Of a DNA stretch of 47,968 bases, positions 35,808-44,775 are shown piece by piece. Within the stretch, counting starts at the first letter, position 1. Each line of letters begins with the position of its first letter. The notes beneath the pieces were generated by a model. That model did no database searches. It was not told the DNA's origin and saw nothing but the letters and a program-made list of their open reading frames with translations. The translations under genes and the position numbers were made by a program. Source of the stretch: an uncultured Gammaproteobacteria bacterium (lineage in GTDB: Bacteria > Patescibacteriota > Patescibacteriia > Magasanikbacterales > GWA2-37-8); contig CAYTPE010000003.1 in the NCBI GenBank assembly GCA_964439885.1, positions 1 to 47,968 of the forward strand, given 5' to 3'.

Positions 35808-35893
35808 AAAAAGTGTAATTAGGAATTTGTAACTAACAATTAGCAATTAACAAACAGCACTGTTTATCGCTAATTGTTCATTGTTAATTTTTC

Positions 35894-37156
35894 TTATTTC
35901 TCCACTTCGAGTATATAGGAAAATCCAAAGAGCCGCAAGGTCCAATTGAGTATGATTTTAAGTTTGCGCAAGAAGCCTGGGAAAAATGCCACATAGACCG
36001 TGCGGCGGATCCACCAAGCAAACCATCCGAACAATAAAAATTTTTGAAACGCCACAATGCCATATCCATCGCCGATCGGCATAATCGTACCAAGCGATTT
36101 AAAATAAAACGTGGGCATTTTTGTGTTTCTGAGCGACGCTACTAGGTGCTTTCCGACATACTCACCCTGTTTGTGGGCTGCTTCGCCGAGCTGCGGATAT
36201 GGCTGTTCGCCAGCTGCGTTTCTGCCGAGTATGATATCTCCCACCGCGTAGAGATTAGCAAAGCTCGGATGCGTCAAATAATTGGTGACGGGGATGCGGC
36301 CTTTTTCGCACAGCCCCGCGTCGAGTAAACGGTCGGCAGTCGTTGCAAAGCCAGCACACCACACCGTGATGTCGCTCTCCACCTCGCCCTTTTTGGTCAG
36401 TTTAATTGTAGTATTTTTTACCTCCTGCACAGCGTCATCGAGAATAATTTCCACCCCCATGTGAGTAAGTCGTTCATATATTGCTTGTTGCACAGGGGTG
36501 GGTAGTACCGGCACCAGGGTCGGTCCAGTTTGCACCAAACGCAACGTCACTCGTTTTTCCGGATACAGTTTGCGCATATCATCGTTGATAAGGTCCTGAA
36601 GTTGCCCGGCTACTTCCACTCCGGTATATCCGCCGCCCACCACAGTCATCGTTACCGAACCGGCGCACGTTTCCATTTTTTGCACAATGGTTTCACGCAA
36701 GGCCATCGCAGCCGACAGTGTGCGTACATTATACGAAAATTCCTTCGCTCCGGGCACGCCATAGTAGTTCACGTCGCTGCCGAGCGCCACCACGCAGTAT
36801 GTATAGTTAATGTCACCCACCGAGGTCATCACTTTGTTTTCGTTGGGGACTATTTTGTGCACCTCGGCTTTTACAAATTTACCCGGCGTTTTGTACACCA
36901 GCTCGCGTAGTGGCGCCGAAGCATGTGATGGCTCAACCGCTCCCGAAGCCACTTCGTGCAGCAGCGGGGCAAAGGTAAAATAGCTGTTTTTGTCCACGAT
37001 CATTACCTTTTTTTTGATTCCAAAACTTTTGAGCTGCTTTACAACGGTGCGAAATGTTTCATAGCCACCAATGCCACCCCCAAGGATGAGAATGTCAGTA
37101 GTGAAGGTTTTTTGAGTTGTACGTTCAGAGTTCATAGGTTGTAGTTCGAATGGCAC
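35894..37156 (-). CDS. ndh: Type II NADH dehydrogenase-like FAD/NAD(P) oxidoreductase
   Basis: ILILGGGIGG and VVGGGYTGVEVAG dinucleotide folds, YAVGD, and a C-terminal hydrophobic anchor. The start is either GTG 37156 or ATG 37135. Confidence 0.85.
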   Translation of the reverse strand: MPFELQPMNSERTTQKTFTTDILILGGGIGGYETFRTVVKQLKSFGIKKKVMIVDKNSYFTFAPLLHEVASGAVEPSHASAPLRELVYKTPGKFVKAEVHKIVPNENKVMTSVGDINYTYCVVALGSDVNYYGVPGAKEFSYNVRTLSAAMALRETIVQKMETCAGSVTMTVVGGGYTGVEVAGQLQDLINDDMRKLYPEKRVTLRLVQTGPTLVPVLPTPVQQAIYERLTHMGVEIILDDAVQEVKNTTIKLTKKGEVESDITVWCAGFATTADRLLDAGLCEKGRIPVTNYLTHPSFANLYAVGDIILGRNAAGEQPYPQLGEAAHKQGEYVGKHLVASLRNTKMPTFYFKSLGTIMPIGDGYGIVAFQKFLLFGWFAWWIRRTVYVAFFPGFLRKLKIILNWTLRLFGFSYILEVEK

Positions 37157-37329
37157 AGTTCAGTGTCGAAACTGCAATTCTATCAGCGCGGTAAGTATAA
37201 CATACAAAAACGTATTATTCTATACTCTTTACTCTTTATATTTCAGCACCGTTGCCTTTTTCCCTTCACCAGTATATCATTCCATCACCCACATATTTGA
37301 TGTTAGACATTAGGATTTTGTCATTCTCT

Positions 37330-38292
37330 ATGATTTTGTATTTTTACGGCGCCGACACCTTCCGCAGTCGCCATTATCTGCGCCAATCTATTGATCAGTT
37401 TAGAAAACAACGTGACCCAGCCGGATACAATATCGCCATGCATGATGGAAAAAAGATCGAATTATCTAAGCTTATGGCGGAGCTGCGTGTCGTTCCTTTT
37501 TTGGCAGAAAAGCGGATGGTGGTAGTGGAAAATCTACTCTCAAGTTCGGATAAAGATTTGTTATACGCAGTACAAGAAATTATTGCAAGCAAAAAAGTAC
37601 CAGAGAGTACAATCATCATATTGTGGCAAGGAGAAGCACTCAGTAAAGTTAAGGAGGCAAAAGATTTGGCGGCGCTTTTGAGCAAAGAAAAATTTGCCCA
37701 GGAATTTACGCCGCTCACCGATGCCAAGCTCGCCGCGTGGATTAGCAAAGAAGTGACGGCTCGCGCCGGTACCATCGAGCCGCCTGCCGTCGCATTTTTG
37801 GTGACCAATGCCGGAGACGACATGTGGCGTTTGCATTCTATCCTCGATCAGCTTATTGCATACAGTAAGGGCTCGCCCATCACGCTCGCTCACGTACAGA
37901 TTTTTTTGAACGAAAAAATTGATGATAACGTGTTCGCAATGATCGAAGCAATGGTGGCGGGAAACAAAAAAAAGGCTTTTACTCTACTCAACGAGCAGCG
38001 CCGTCTTGGTGAAGACGAAGGTAAAATTTTTGGCCTGCTTATATGGCAGTTTCGTATTCTACTCGAAATAGCTGACGTTTTGACCGACGACCCGCGTGCC
38101 ACGAGCGACACACTTGCCAAGAAAATCGGCATACACCCCTTCGTGGTTAAGAAAAATTTTGCGGTGGCAAGAAATTATTCCGTGGCAAAATTGCAGCACG
38201 CGTATCGGGCTCTACTCGATATCGACGTCAAGACTAAAACGGGGCGTGCCGACCAAGGACTACTTATCGATATGTTCATTGAGGCGTTATAA
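37330..38292 (+). CDS. holA: DNA polymerase III delta subunit-like
   Basis: Starts MILYFYGADTF…, with the size and helical C-terminal domain typical of HolA. The ORF-track TTG start at 37252 looks too far upstream. Confidence 0.6.
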   Translation: MILYFYGADTFRSRHYLRQSIDQFRKQRDPAGYNIAMHDGKKIELSKLMAELRVVPFLAEKRMVVVENLLSSSDKDLLYAVQEIIASKKVPESTIIILWQGEALSKVKEAKDLAALLSKEKFAQEFTPLTDAKLAAWISKEVTARAGTIEPPAVAFLVTNAGDDMWRLHSILDQLIAYSKGSPITLAHVQIFLNEKIDDNVFAMIEAMVAGNKKKAFTLLNEQRRLGEDEGKIFGLLIWQFRILLEIADVLTDDPRATSDTLAKKIGIHPFVVKKNFAVARNYSVAKLQHAYRALLDIDVKTKTGRADQGLLIDMFIEAL

Positions 38293-38321
38293 AAAACCAC
38301 CCTGTGTGAGGGTGGTTTTTT
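38292..38321. terminator. Bidirectional terminator between holA and rpsT
   Basis: aaaaaccaccc…gggtggtttttt. Confidence 0.85.
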
Positions 38322-38330
38322 GATTCTATT

Positions 38331-38591
38331 TTATTTTTTCACCATCGCGTTCACGCGTTTCATGATGCGCGAGAGTTTGCGTGCCGCGGTATTCTTTTTG
38401 ATGGTACCGGCTTTCGCAGCTTTATCGAGAGCCTGCTGTACTTCTTTGGCCATTTTTTTGGCCTCATCAAGGCTCGCAGCCTTGAGGGTTTTTTTGATAG
38501 CGTTTCGGAACGCGTCCTTGCGAACAAGGTTACGGGCCGCACGCTTTTTGGATTGGCGGTACGCTTTGGCCGCGTTAGCTTTGTTTGGCAT
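38331..38591 (-). CDS. rpsT: 30S ribosomal protein S20
   Basis: 86 aa. MPNKANAAKAYRQSKKRAARNLVRKDAFRNAIKK is the canonical S20 N-terminus. Confidence 0.92.
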   Translation of the reverse strand: MPNKANAAKAYRQSKKRAARNLVRKDAFRNAIKKTLKAASLDEAKKMAKEVQQALDKAAKAGTIKKNTAARKLSRIMKRVNAMVKK

Positions 38592-38777
38592 AGTGGATTC
38601 AGTTAGTGGTAAGTTTAAATCCAGCTGGACGTACGAAAGTACGAACAGTACGAAGTTACGAAAGTGACACGAATTTCGTATTTTCGTACCTTTCGTAGTT
38701 CGTTACATTTATTGAGAGCATTGAGTGAGTGGCGATAGTGTACTGGAAATGCAAGGAAAAGTCAAGATCGGATACTT

Positions 38778-39365
38778 TTAACCGAGCGGCAAAATTTTTT
38801 TGCTCAAATCTTTGCCAATCTTTTTCATATAGAGTTCAGCGTCAGCATTCGAAATATATTCAAACGCGACGAGCTCTTTAACGGCAGCCTGGATATCGTT
38901 GTATGAAAGAAATATGTGCAGAGTTTTGAGATCCTTGGTCGATAACGTGAGTAGATACTGCCGCTCTGGTAGCGGAGCGCTGTGACCCCGGCGCCCGATT
39001 GATGTCATGGTAAAGCTGGTGGTGTCGTGTTGCCTGCCCCAGTCTCTTTCGAGTGTTGTGGAAGGTTGGATGGCAAAAATGGTGTTTTTGGGGAACACCT
39101 TTGTGCCTTTACCGGTTTCAAGCGTCAACTCGGCCGGTGTGATTTCGAAATAGAGATGTCGAGTTTTTTCGAGCAACAGGTAGAGTAGGCCAACTCCCAA
39201 AGCTATGATGCCCACGCAAAACGTCAAAGCATGTGATTTGATAAACGGAACGCTTTGACCTTGTTCGCCATATGAAACGTACAGTGCCACCGAAATGAGC
39301 AGCAGACTGTACACAAGCGACAATGGAATGATAGGCACGTGACGTTCGTCCGAGATATACTTCAC
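38778..39365 (-). CDS. Hypothetical two-TM membrane protein
   Basis: 195 aa with two N-terminal hydrophobic helices and then a soluble domain. Confidence 0.55.
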   Translation of the reverse strand: MKYISDERHVPIIPLSLVYSLLLISVALYVSYGEQGQSVPFIKSHALTFCVGIIALGVGLLYLLLEKTRHLYFEITPAELTLETGKGTKVFPKNTIFAIQPSTTLERDWGRQHDTTSFTMTSIGRRGHSAPLPERQYLLTLSTKDLKTLHIFLSYNDIQAAVKELVAFEYISNADAELYMKKIGKDLSKKILPLG

Positions 39366-39381
39366 AGTGTTTTATAAAAAA

Positions 39382-40470
39382 TTATTCAACTTCAATGTTT
39401 GGTTTTTCAATGGCCAGCACCTCAACCGTTTTCTCGCCGCCAGTGATGCGCACCACGTCGGTATCGATCTTTTTAAATTCTTTGTACGCATTATTATAGT
39501 GGCTCACGGTGGTGCCGAGGGTGTTGCCCATTTTTTGCATGTAGGCATCGTACGCCATTATGTGTTTGCCGAGTTCCTCGATACGTTTGCGAATTTCTTT
39601 GGCGGATTCTTCTATCTGTAGAGCCTTGAGCCCCTGCAGCACGGTTTGAAGGTATGCGAGGAATGATGTGGGCGATACGATGATAACATGGTATTTGTTG
39701 GCCGCGCGCTGAATTAAATTTTCGGTATCGCCCTGCACCGCGCCGATTTTATTCACCAATAAATCGTAATAAATAGCCTCGTGCGGAATAAACATGAAAG
39801 CAAATTCGAGTGTGTTCTCATCGGGGCGGATGTATTTGGATGTTTCTTGAATACGCAGCTTAAGATCGTTTACAAATAATTTTTCCAAACGGTCGCGCTC
39901 CGTCTCGTTGCGCTCTTCGGCCAATCGATTATAGTTTTCCAAACTAAATTTGGAATCGATAGGAATGATTTTGTCTTTCACAAACACCGCCGCGTCCACA
40001 ATTTCACCATCGTTAAATTTGTACTGCATCTGAAAACTGCCAGGCGGTAGGACGTTCTTAAGAAGCGTTTCGAGGTAATACTCGCCGAGGATGCCACGCT
40101 GTTTTGGATTTTTCAAAATATCTTGCAAGTCTTTCAGTTGGTCCGTGAAGCCCACCACCTGTTTGTTCGTTTCGTCGAGCTTGGTTAGTTTTTCGGTCAC
40201 ATCAGTAATAATCTTCATACTCTGACCGAATTGATTTTGAATGGTTTTATTGAGCGACACCTGTGTTTCGTTCATAGTTTTGTGCGTGTCAGATATTTTT
40301 TGATCCACCAAACGCGACAATTCTTGAATCTGATTTTGCATCATGAGGAACATGTTTTGGTCACCGGGTTGTTTGTCCGACGCAGTTTGTAAACGGCGAT
40401 AGATTATAGTGATACCGACAATTACCGCAACCAGCAGCACAGCCACCACCCACAAAGCAGGATTTTCCAT
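39382..40470 (-). CDS. rmuC: DNA recombination protein RmuC
   Basis: N-terminal TM helix, a coiled coil, then FAFMFIPHEAIYYDLL … VIIVSPTSFLAYLQTV, typical of RmuC. Confidence 0.85.
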   Translation of the reverse strand: MENPALWVVAVLLVAVIVGITIIYRRLQTASDKQPGDQNMFLMMQNQIQELSRLVDQKISDTHKTMNETQVSLNKTIQNQFGQSMKIITDVTEKLTKLDETNKQVVGFTDQLKDLQDILKNPKQRGILGEYYLETLLKNVLPPGSFQMQYKFNDGEIVDAAVFVKDKIIPIDSKFSLENYNRLAEERNETERDRLEKLFVNDLKLRIQETSKYIRPDENTLEFAFMFIPHEAIYYDLLVNKIGAVQGDTENLIQRAANKYHVIIVSPTSFLAYLQTVLQGLKALQIEESAKEIRKRIEELGKHIMAYDAYMQKMGNTLGTTVSHYNNAYKEFKKIDTDVVRITGGEKTVEVLAIEKPNIEVE

Positions 40471-40647
40471 ACTCTTTTAGTCTTAATTCATTATTCTCTC
40501 ATTTTATCACCTCTGCTATGGGCTGTCATTGTGAACAAACTGGGGATGACGCTCGTGCTCTTTTGGAGAAAAAGTGATAGCCTACGCCAACTGTCACACT
40601 TTAGCTACTATTACAGTTATACATACCGAAGAAGCCAACATGTATTT

Positions 40648-41205
40648 ATGGATGTGGGAACACCTGCCGCGCTCGTAGAGCTCATGACCAAGGCCAAAGC
40701 TGGCGATAAAGAGGCGTTTAGCGCTCTGTATCACCATTCATTTGTGCCGGTCTACCGCTACCTTTTCAAGCGCGTACACGAACCATCAGTGGCCGAAGAC
40801 CTTGCCCAGAGCGTTTTTGTCAAAGTCTATACGTCCACCACCGCGTTTACCGCTAAAGCCAGCTCGCCACTTGCCTATCTTTTTACTGTGGCCAAACACG
40901 CGCTCATTGATTATTGGAAAAAACAGAATCGAACCACCACGCTTGCGCTCGAAAGCGATGAAATGATGGAAAAAATCGCGATCGATAGTAGGGTCGAAAC
41001 TAACAATCGCCTTGCGGTATTCAGCGCGCTGAACACATTACCAAGTGAACAGAAACAAGTGCTCGAGCTCAAATTTTGGCAGGGGCTTGGCACGCACGAG
41101 ATCGCGGTTAAACTCAATAAGACGGAAATGGCTATTCGGCAGATCCAGTGCCGCGCATTGCGTGCCTTGCGCGCTCAACTTTCAGACCAAAAATCAACAC
41201 TCTAG
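40648..41205 (+). CDS. ECF-type RNA polymerase sigma-70 family factor
   Basis: Region 2 (FSALYHHSFVPVYRYLFKRV…AEDLAQSVFVKVY) and region 4 HTH (LPSEQKQVLELKFWQGLGTHEIAVKLNKTEMAIRQ). I preferred ATG 40648 over GTG 40531. Confidence 0.8.
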   Translation: MDVGTPAALVELMTKAKAGDKEAFSALYHHSFVPVYRYLFKRVHEPSVAEDLAQSVFVKVYTSTTAFTAKASSPLAYLFTVAKHALIDYWKKQNRTTTLALESDEMMEKIAIDSRVETNNRLAVFSALNTLPSEQKQVLELKFWQGLGTHEIAVKLNKTEMAIRQIQCRALRALRAQLSDQKSTL

Positions 41206-41208
41206 TAT

Positions 41209-42636
41209 ATGGAAAACGAAATGCATTTTGAATCTATTCTCGACGAAGCCCTCGCTCTTGTACAGGGCGGCAAGTCGGTGCCAGAAGTGCTCGCTATTTT
41301 CCCAGAATACCACGTTGAGCTTTTTGGTTTGCTCACCACCGCATCCTCACTGAGCGAACTGCGCGATGAAATTCTATCGTCCACGGCGCTTACCAGAACG
41401 TTGAATCTTCTTCCGTCCGCATCTTCACAGGCGCAAATACCCGCAGCTTCTTCCGTTAAAAATAGTTTTAGTGAACGTATGAAAAAATTAGTATGGCTCA
41501 GAGTAATTGGTGTTGGAGCGTTTGCAGTTTTGGTTGGGTTCATGGTTGTTAATAAGTATATTCAGAACCAGTATGCTCCAGCAACGTATTTACCAGTAGC
41601 ATATGGTAATGGAAATTTGCTAAGCGCGCATATTCCGCAGGGGGATCAGCTGTCCGTCGATGATGTCGGTACCGAGTATGCCGCTCAAACCGGTTTAGCC
41701 TCCACCGATGTGCGCGTCACTGTGGCTCGGCTCGGCAGACTCGCCAGCAGTTTCTTAGATCCTGTTGGGTCGGCAGTGGTAGACGGCGGAAGCGCAATCG
41801 CGATCAACTCTCTCGTTAACGCCACAAATGATAGTTCATTCGATAATTCCATAAGCGATCAAACGGACACGCGCGAATTTCTCAAAACCGGCTACAATGC
41901 CACCGTTGAAACGCGCGAGGTGCAAACCCTCGGCAATCGGGCCGCCACGATTATTCGCGGCTACGGCGGCCGTATCGATTCGGTTTCGCTTAGCAAAGAA
42001 TATGGATATATTTCGTTCGTCGTACCAGCCGACACATTCGACCGTTTCCGGGCTGAGATCCAAAGCTTGGTTGGCAAACGGTTTTACGACGAGACAATTA
42101 ACATGACCAATTTGTTGCCCCAAAAGCAGCAGGTAGAGCAGTCTACCGATGCCACAATCGGGGCGCAAGCCATTATTCAAAATCAAATTACATCTGTTAC
42201 TGCCGAACGCGACGCGTATCTTAAGAATTTAAGAAATAGTATTGCCGGTATCAACTATATTGTGAATCAGGATAACGCCGCGCTTGCGGTTGCCACCGAC
42301 CCAGAAGAAATCAACAGGCTCACCGCCGACAGAAATGCTAATCAAAAAATTGTGCAGCAAACGAGGCAACGACTGACGGAGGTGACTAACTATTACGCGA
42401 ATGAACTGCAGAATTTACAAACGCAATTACAAAACACACAAGGCACACTCGCGAATCTGCAAACCCAGAACCAAAATATTTTGAATGACGTGGCCACCGT
42501 GCAAGGCACTATTACCTTCAAGTGGATTAGCATTCCACTGGTGCTCCATCGCTACCTCCCCTACTTCTATATTTGGCTGCCCGCTCTGGTTGCGCTTATT
42601 ATCTACTGGAGAAAAAAACGAACCAAAACCATGTAA
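41209..42636 (+). CDS. Anti-sigma-like membrane protein with a DUF4349-like coiled-coil ectodomain
   Basis: Starts 4 nt after the sigma gene stop. It has a cytoplasmic N-terminal domain, a TM near residue 105, a Gln/Asn-rich coiled coil and a C-terminal TM. Confidence 0.65.
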   Translation: MENEMHFESILDEALALVQGGKSVPEVLAIFPEYHVELFGLLTTASSLSELRDEILSSTALTRTLNLLPSASSQAQIPAASSVKNSFSERMKKLVWLRVIGVGAFAVLVGFMVVNKYIQNQYAPATYLPVAYGNGNLLSAHIPQGDQLSVDDVGTEYAAQTGLASTDVRVTVARLGRLASSFLDPVGSAVVDGGSAIAINSLVNATNDSSFDNSISDQTDTREFLKTGYNATVETREVQTLGNRAATIIRGYGGRIDSVSLSKEYGYISFVVPADTFDRFRAEIQSLVGKRFYDETINMTNLLPQKQQVEQSTDATIGAQAIIQNQITSVTAERDAYLKNLRNSIAGINYIVNQDNAALAVATDPEEINRLTADRNANQKIVQQTRQRLTEVTNYYANELQNLQTQLQNTQGTLANLQTQNQNILNDVATVQGTITFKWISIPLVLHRYLPYFYIWLPALVALIIYWRKKRTKTM

Positions 42637-42640
42637 AATA

Positions 42641-42675
42641 AAAACCCGCTTCGACGTGATCGAGGCGGGTTTTTT
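42641..42675. terminator. Bidirectional terminator between convergent genes
   Basis: aaaacccgc…gcgggtttttt. Confidence 0.8.
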
Positions 42676-42680
42676 GTTAT

Positions 42681-42899
42681 TTACATAGCAGTGCCACTGG
42701 TGCACGTGCGACAATCCTTCTTGTGAGTAACGAGCAAAACAAGAGCGGACAAACCGACGAGGATATAGACGATACGCGCAAGAATCGACATCGCGCCAAA
42801 AATCATGGCAACGAGATCCCAGCCGCCTACTCCAACGAGTAACCAGTTGAGACCACCAACGATGACCAAGATAAAGGCGATCATGTGTAAAGCTTTCAT
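42681..42899 (-). CDS. DUF378-family small membrane protein
   Basis: 72 aa. IAFILVIVGGLNWLLVGVGGWDLV matches the DUF378 pattern. A strong SD (aaaggaggtga) lies upstream. Confidence 0.8.
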   Translation of the reverse strand: MKALHMIAFILVIVGGLNWLLVGVGGWDLVAMIFGAMSILARIVYILVGLSALVLLVTHKKDCRTCTSGTAM

Positions 42900-43050
42900 A
42901 CACTCACCTCCTTTCCTGTTTTTTAGGATAGTGTGAAAACATGTGAGTAGTATAGCATGGATGAGCTTGGGGGTGTAGATGATTTGTCAATGGGTGTTAA
43001 GATATTGTGATATTAAGATAGTAAGATATTTCGTGACTTGATTTTTAAAA

Positions 43051-43085
43051 AATAAATGTTTGACTTTTTGAACCAAACATTTATT
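43051..43085 (-). terminator. Putative terminator of the alpha-CTD-like gene
   Basis: aataaatgtttg / caaacatttatt 12-bp stem, followed by a T-run on the minus strand. Confidence 0.5.
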
Positions 43086-43257
43086 CCTCTAAGCGCACAC
43101 AAGTTGCGCGCAAAGGAATTGTGCCCCGCTATTTGAAAAGCCGCGGGGCGGGCAGTTGTTGAGCGCTGCCCTGTGTGCTAGCGCAGTACTAGCCGCGGGC
43201 ACTCATTCGGCTCATACAAGCTGGCGCCCTTCCGATTCCAAGTTCGCGCACGAAGTA

Positions 43258-43728
43258 CTACCTCTGTCGCTTGTTGGGTCGCAGCCAGCCGTCCGTGAAC
43301 ACTACCCTCGGATATTTCCGGTCGTAGCTGGGAATGTCCAGGTAGGGGTGCACCTCCTTCAGGCCTCTGCGGATGTCGGCGATGCTCCCCTTGCCCATAC
43401 CCTTGATCTTCAGCAGCTCCTTCTCAGAGCTGCTCACAATCTCGCCGATGTAGATGATGTGAGCATTCTGCAGGCAGTTGGCCGGCCGTACCGAGATGCA
43501 GAGCTCGTCAACTCTCATGTCGAGAAGACGCCACAGTTCCTCGGTGGGCGGCTTGCCCTTCGGTGCGTCACCCGAGCGCTCGATGACCGCAGTCGTTGCC
43601 GTCAAGAGGTCAAGGACCAGGCCGGGCGCCATTGGGCCGCTCACGACGAATCGGTACACACCACTATCCTCGCGCACCTCGATCGTGCGTCCGGATTCCG
43701 TTCGAATGCTGGCGCTCAAGATCTGCAT
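43258..43728 (-). CDS. Orphan protein with an RNA polymerase alpha C-terminal-domain-like HhH module
   Basis: VDELCISVRPANCLQNAHIIYIGEIVSSSEKELLKIKGMGKGSIADI resembles alpha-CTD. The ATG at 43728 follows a GGAGG. G+C is about 60%. The ORF-track GTG start is at 43752. Confidence 0.7.
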   Translation of the reverse strand: MQILSASIRTESGRTIEVREDSGVYRFVVSGPMAPGLVLDLLTATTAVIERSGDAPKGKPPTEELWRLLDMRVDELCISVRPANCLQNAHIIYIGEIVSSSEKELLKIKGMGKGSIADIRRGLKEVHPYLDIPSYDRKYPRVVFTDGWLRPNKRQR

Positions 43729-43977
43729 TGTTGCCTCCACGTTAGCTTGCACAAAGACTACGCCGTGTAGTCGATGTGGTTGGCAGTAATTATATTAGAA
43801 ATTTCATTTTAGTGAATAGTATTTTACAAAATCATAAAGTAATTTATTTAAAATAAAGCTACTAATATACAAATTATAATTATTTGTAAATTTAAATTGA
43901 CACAAAGTAACTAAAGTGGTACCGTAACCAACAACACAATTTCTTTCCCCCCAATGGGGGGAGGAGCATTCTCAAAT

Positions 43978-44775
43978 ATGTCCACTCCACTCAGCAATCT
44001 CGGCCTGGAAGACTCTGAAGCTCGTGTGTACGAAGCCTTGCTTGAGCTTGGCCCGAGCACGGTTTCTGAAGTTACAAAGAAGGCAGGCATTACTCGTACG
44101 CTCGGGTATGATGTGCTCGATAGACTCGCAGTACACGGTTTGGTCGATCGCGCGTCTGGCTCTGGAAGTAAAATAAAATATTCAGCCAATCACCCGCGCA
44201 GCCTTTTACAGTACGTGATCAATCGTAAAAATCAGTGGGAGCGACGAATGAAAGATGTGTCCGGGCTCTTGCCAGAATTGGTTTCTTTATATAAGATTGC
44301 CGAAAAACCAGTAGTGCGATATCAAGAAGGCGCCTCAGGCGTAAAAAATATTTTTGCAGAAACACTTGATTCAAAGAGTGAGATTCTCTCTATATTGGAT
44401 ATCGAGGGATGGGATGTGCCTGAGTTTCGTCAGTGGGGCAAACAGTATAATGCCGAGCGCAGTCAAAAAAGAATTCATGAGCGTATTTTGATTTTAGACA
44501 CGAAACAAGCCCGTGAGTGGATGAAGTTTTACCGCGGATCATTCAAATATACCGATTATCGCTGGATAAAACCTGAACAAATCCCTACCATAGCGAATTT
44601 CGGAGGTGAAATTAATGTGTACGACAACAAAGTAGTCATGGCCCTGCTCAAAGAACCGAACATGATGGGTGTACTCCTAGAAAGTACAGCCCTAAGTAAT
44701 ATTTTAAAAGGCTTATTTGAATTAGCCTGGCTGCAGGGAGTTCCTGCGAAGAATAAAAGTAATTTGGCCCCATAG
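43978..44775 (+). CDS. TrmB-family transcriptional regulator
   Basis: wHTH LGLEDSEARVYEALLELGPSTVSEVTKKAGITRTLGYDVLDRLAVHGLV. The ATG at 43978 follows GGAGGA (43960-43965). The earlier ATG at 43954 sits in the loop of a C6/G6 hairpin. Confidence 0.8.
   Translation: MSTPLSNLGLEDSEARVYEALLELGPSTVSEVTKKAGITRTLGYDVLDRLAVHGLVDRASGSGSKIKYSANHPRSLLQYVINRKNQWERRMKDVSGLLPELVSLYKIAEKPVVRYQEGASGVKNIFAETLDSKSEILSILDIEGWDVPEFRQWGKQYNAERSQKRIHERILILDTKQAREWMKFYRGSFKYTDYRWIKPEQIPTIANFGGEINVYDNKVVMALLKEPNMMGVLLESTALSNILKGLFELAWLQGVPAKNKSNLAP

Noticed and set aside
43086-43257. The GC-rich hairpin stack after the alpha-CTD gene as a retron msr/msd, DGR template or other RT-associated RNA.
   Set aside because: There is no reverse transcriptase ORF anywhere in the window and no template/variable repeat pair. 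The structure may simply reflect high G+C.
43156-43789. Plus-strand ORFs of 204 aa (43156-43770) and 103 aa (43478-43789) in the GC-rich islet.
   Set aside because: They are antisense to the ORF with clear alpha-CTD similarity and an SD. Long spurious antisense frames are expected in 60% G+C DNA, and neither has a motif or an RBS.
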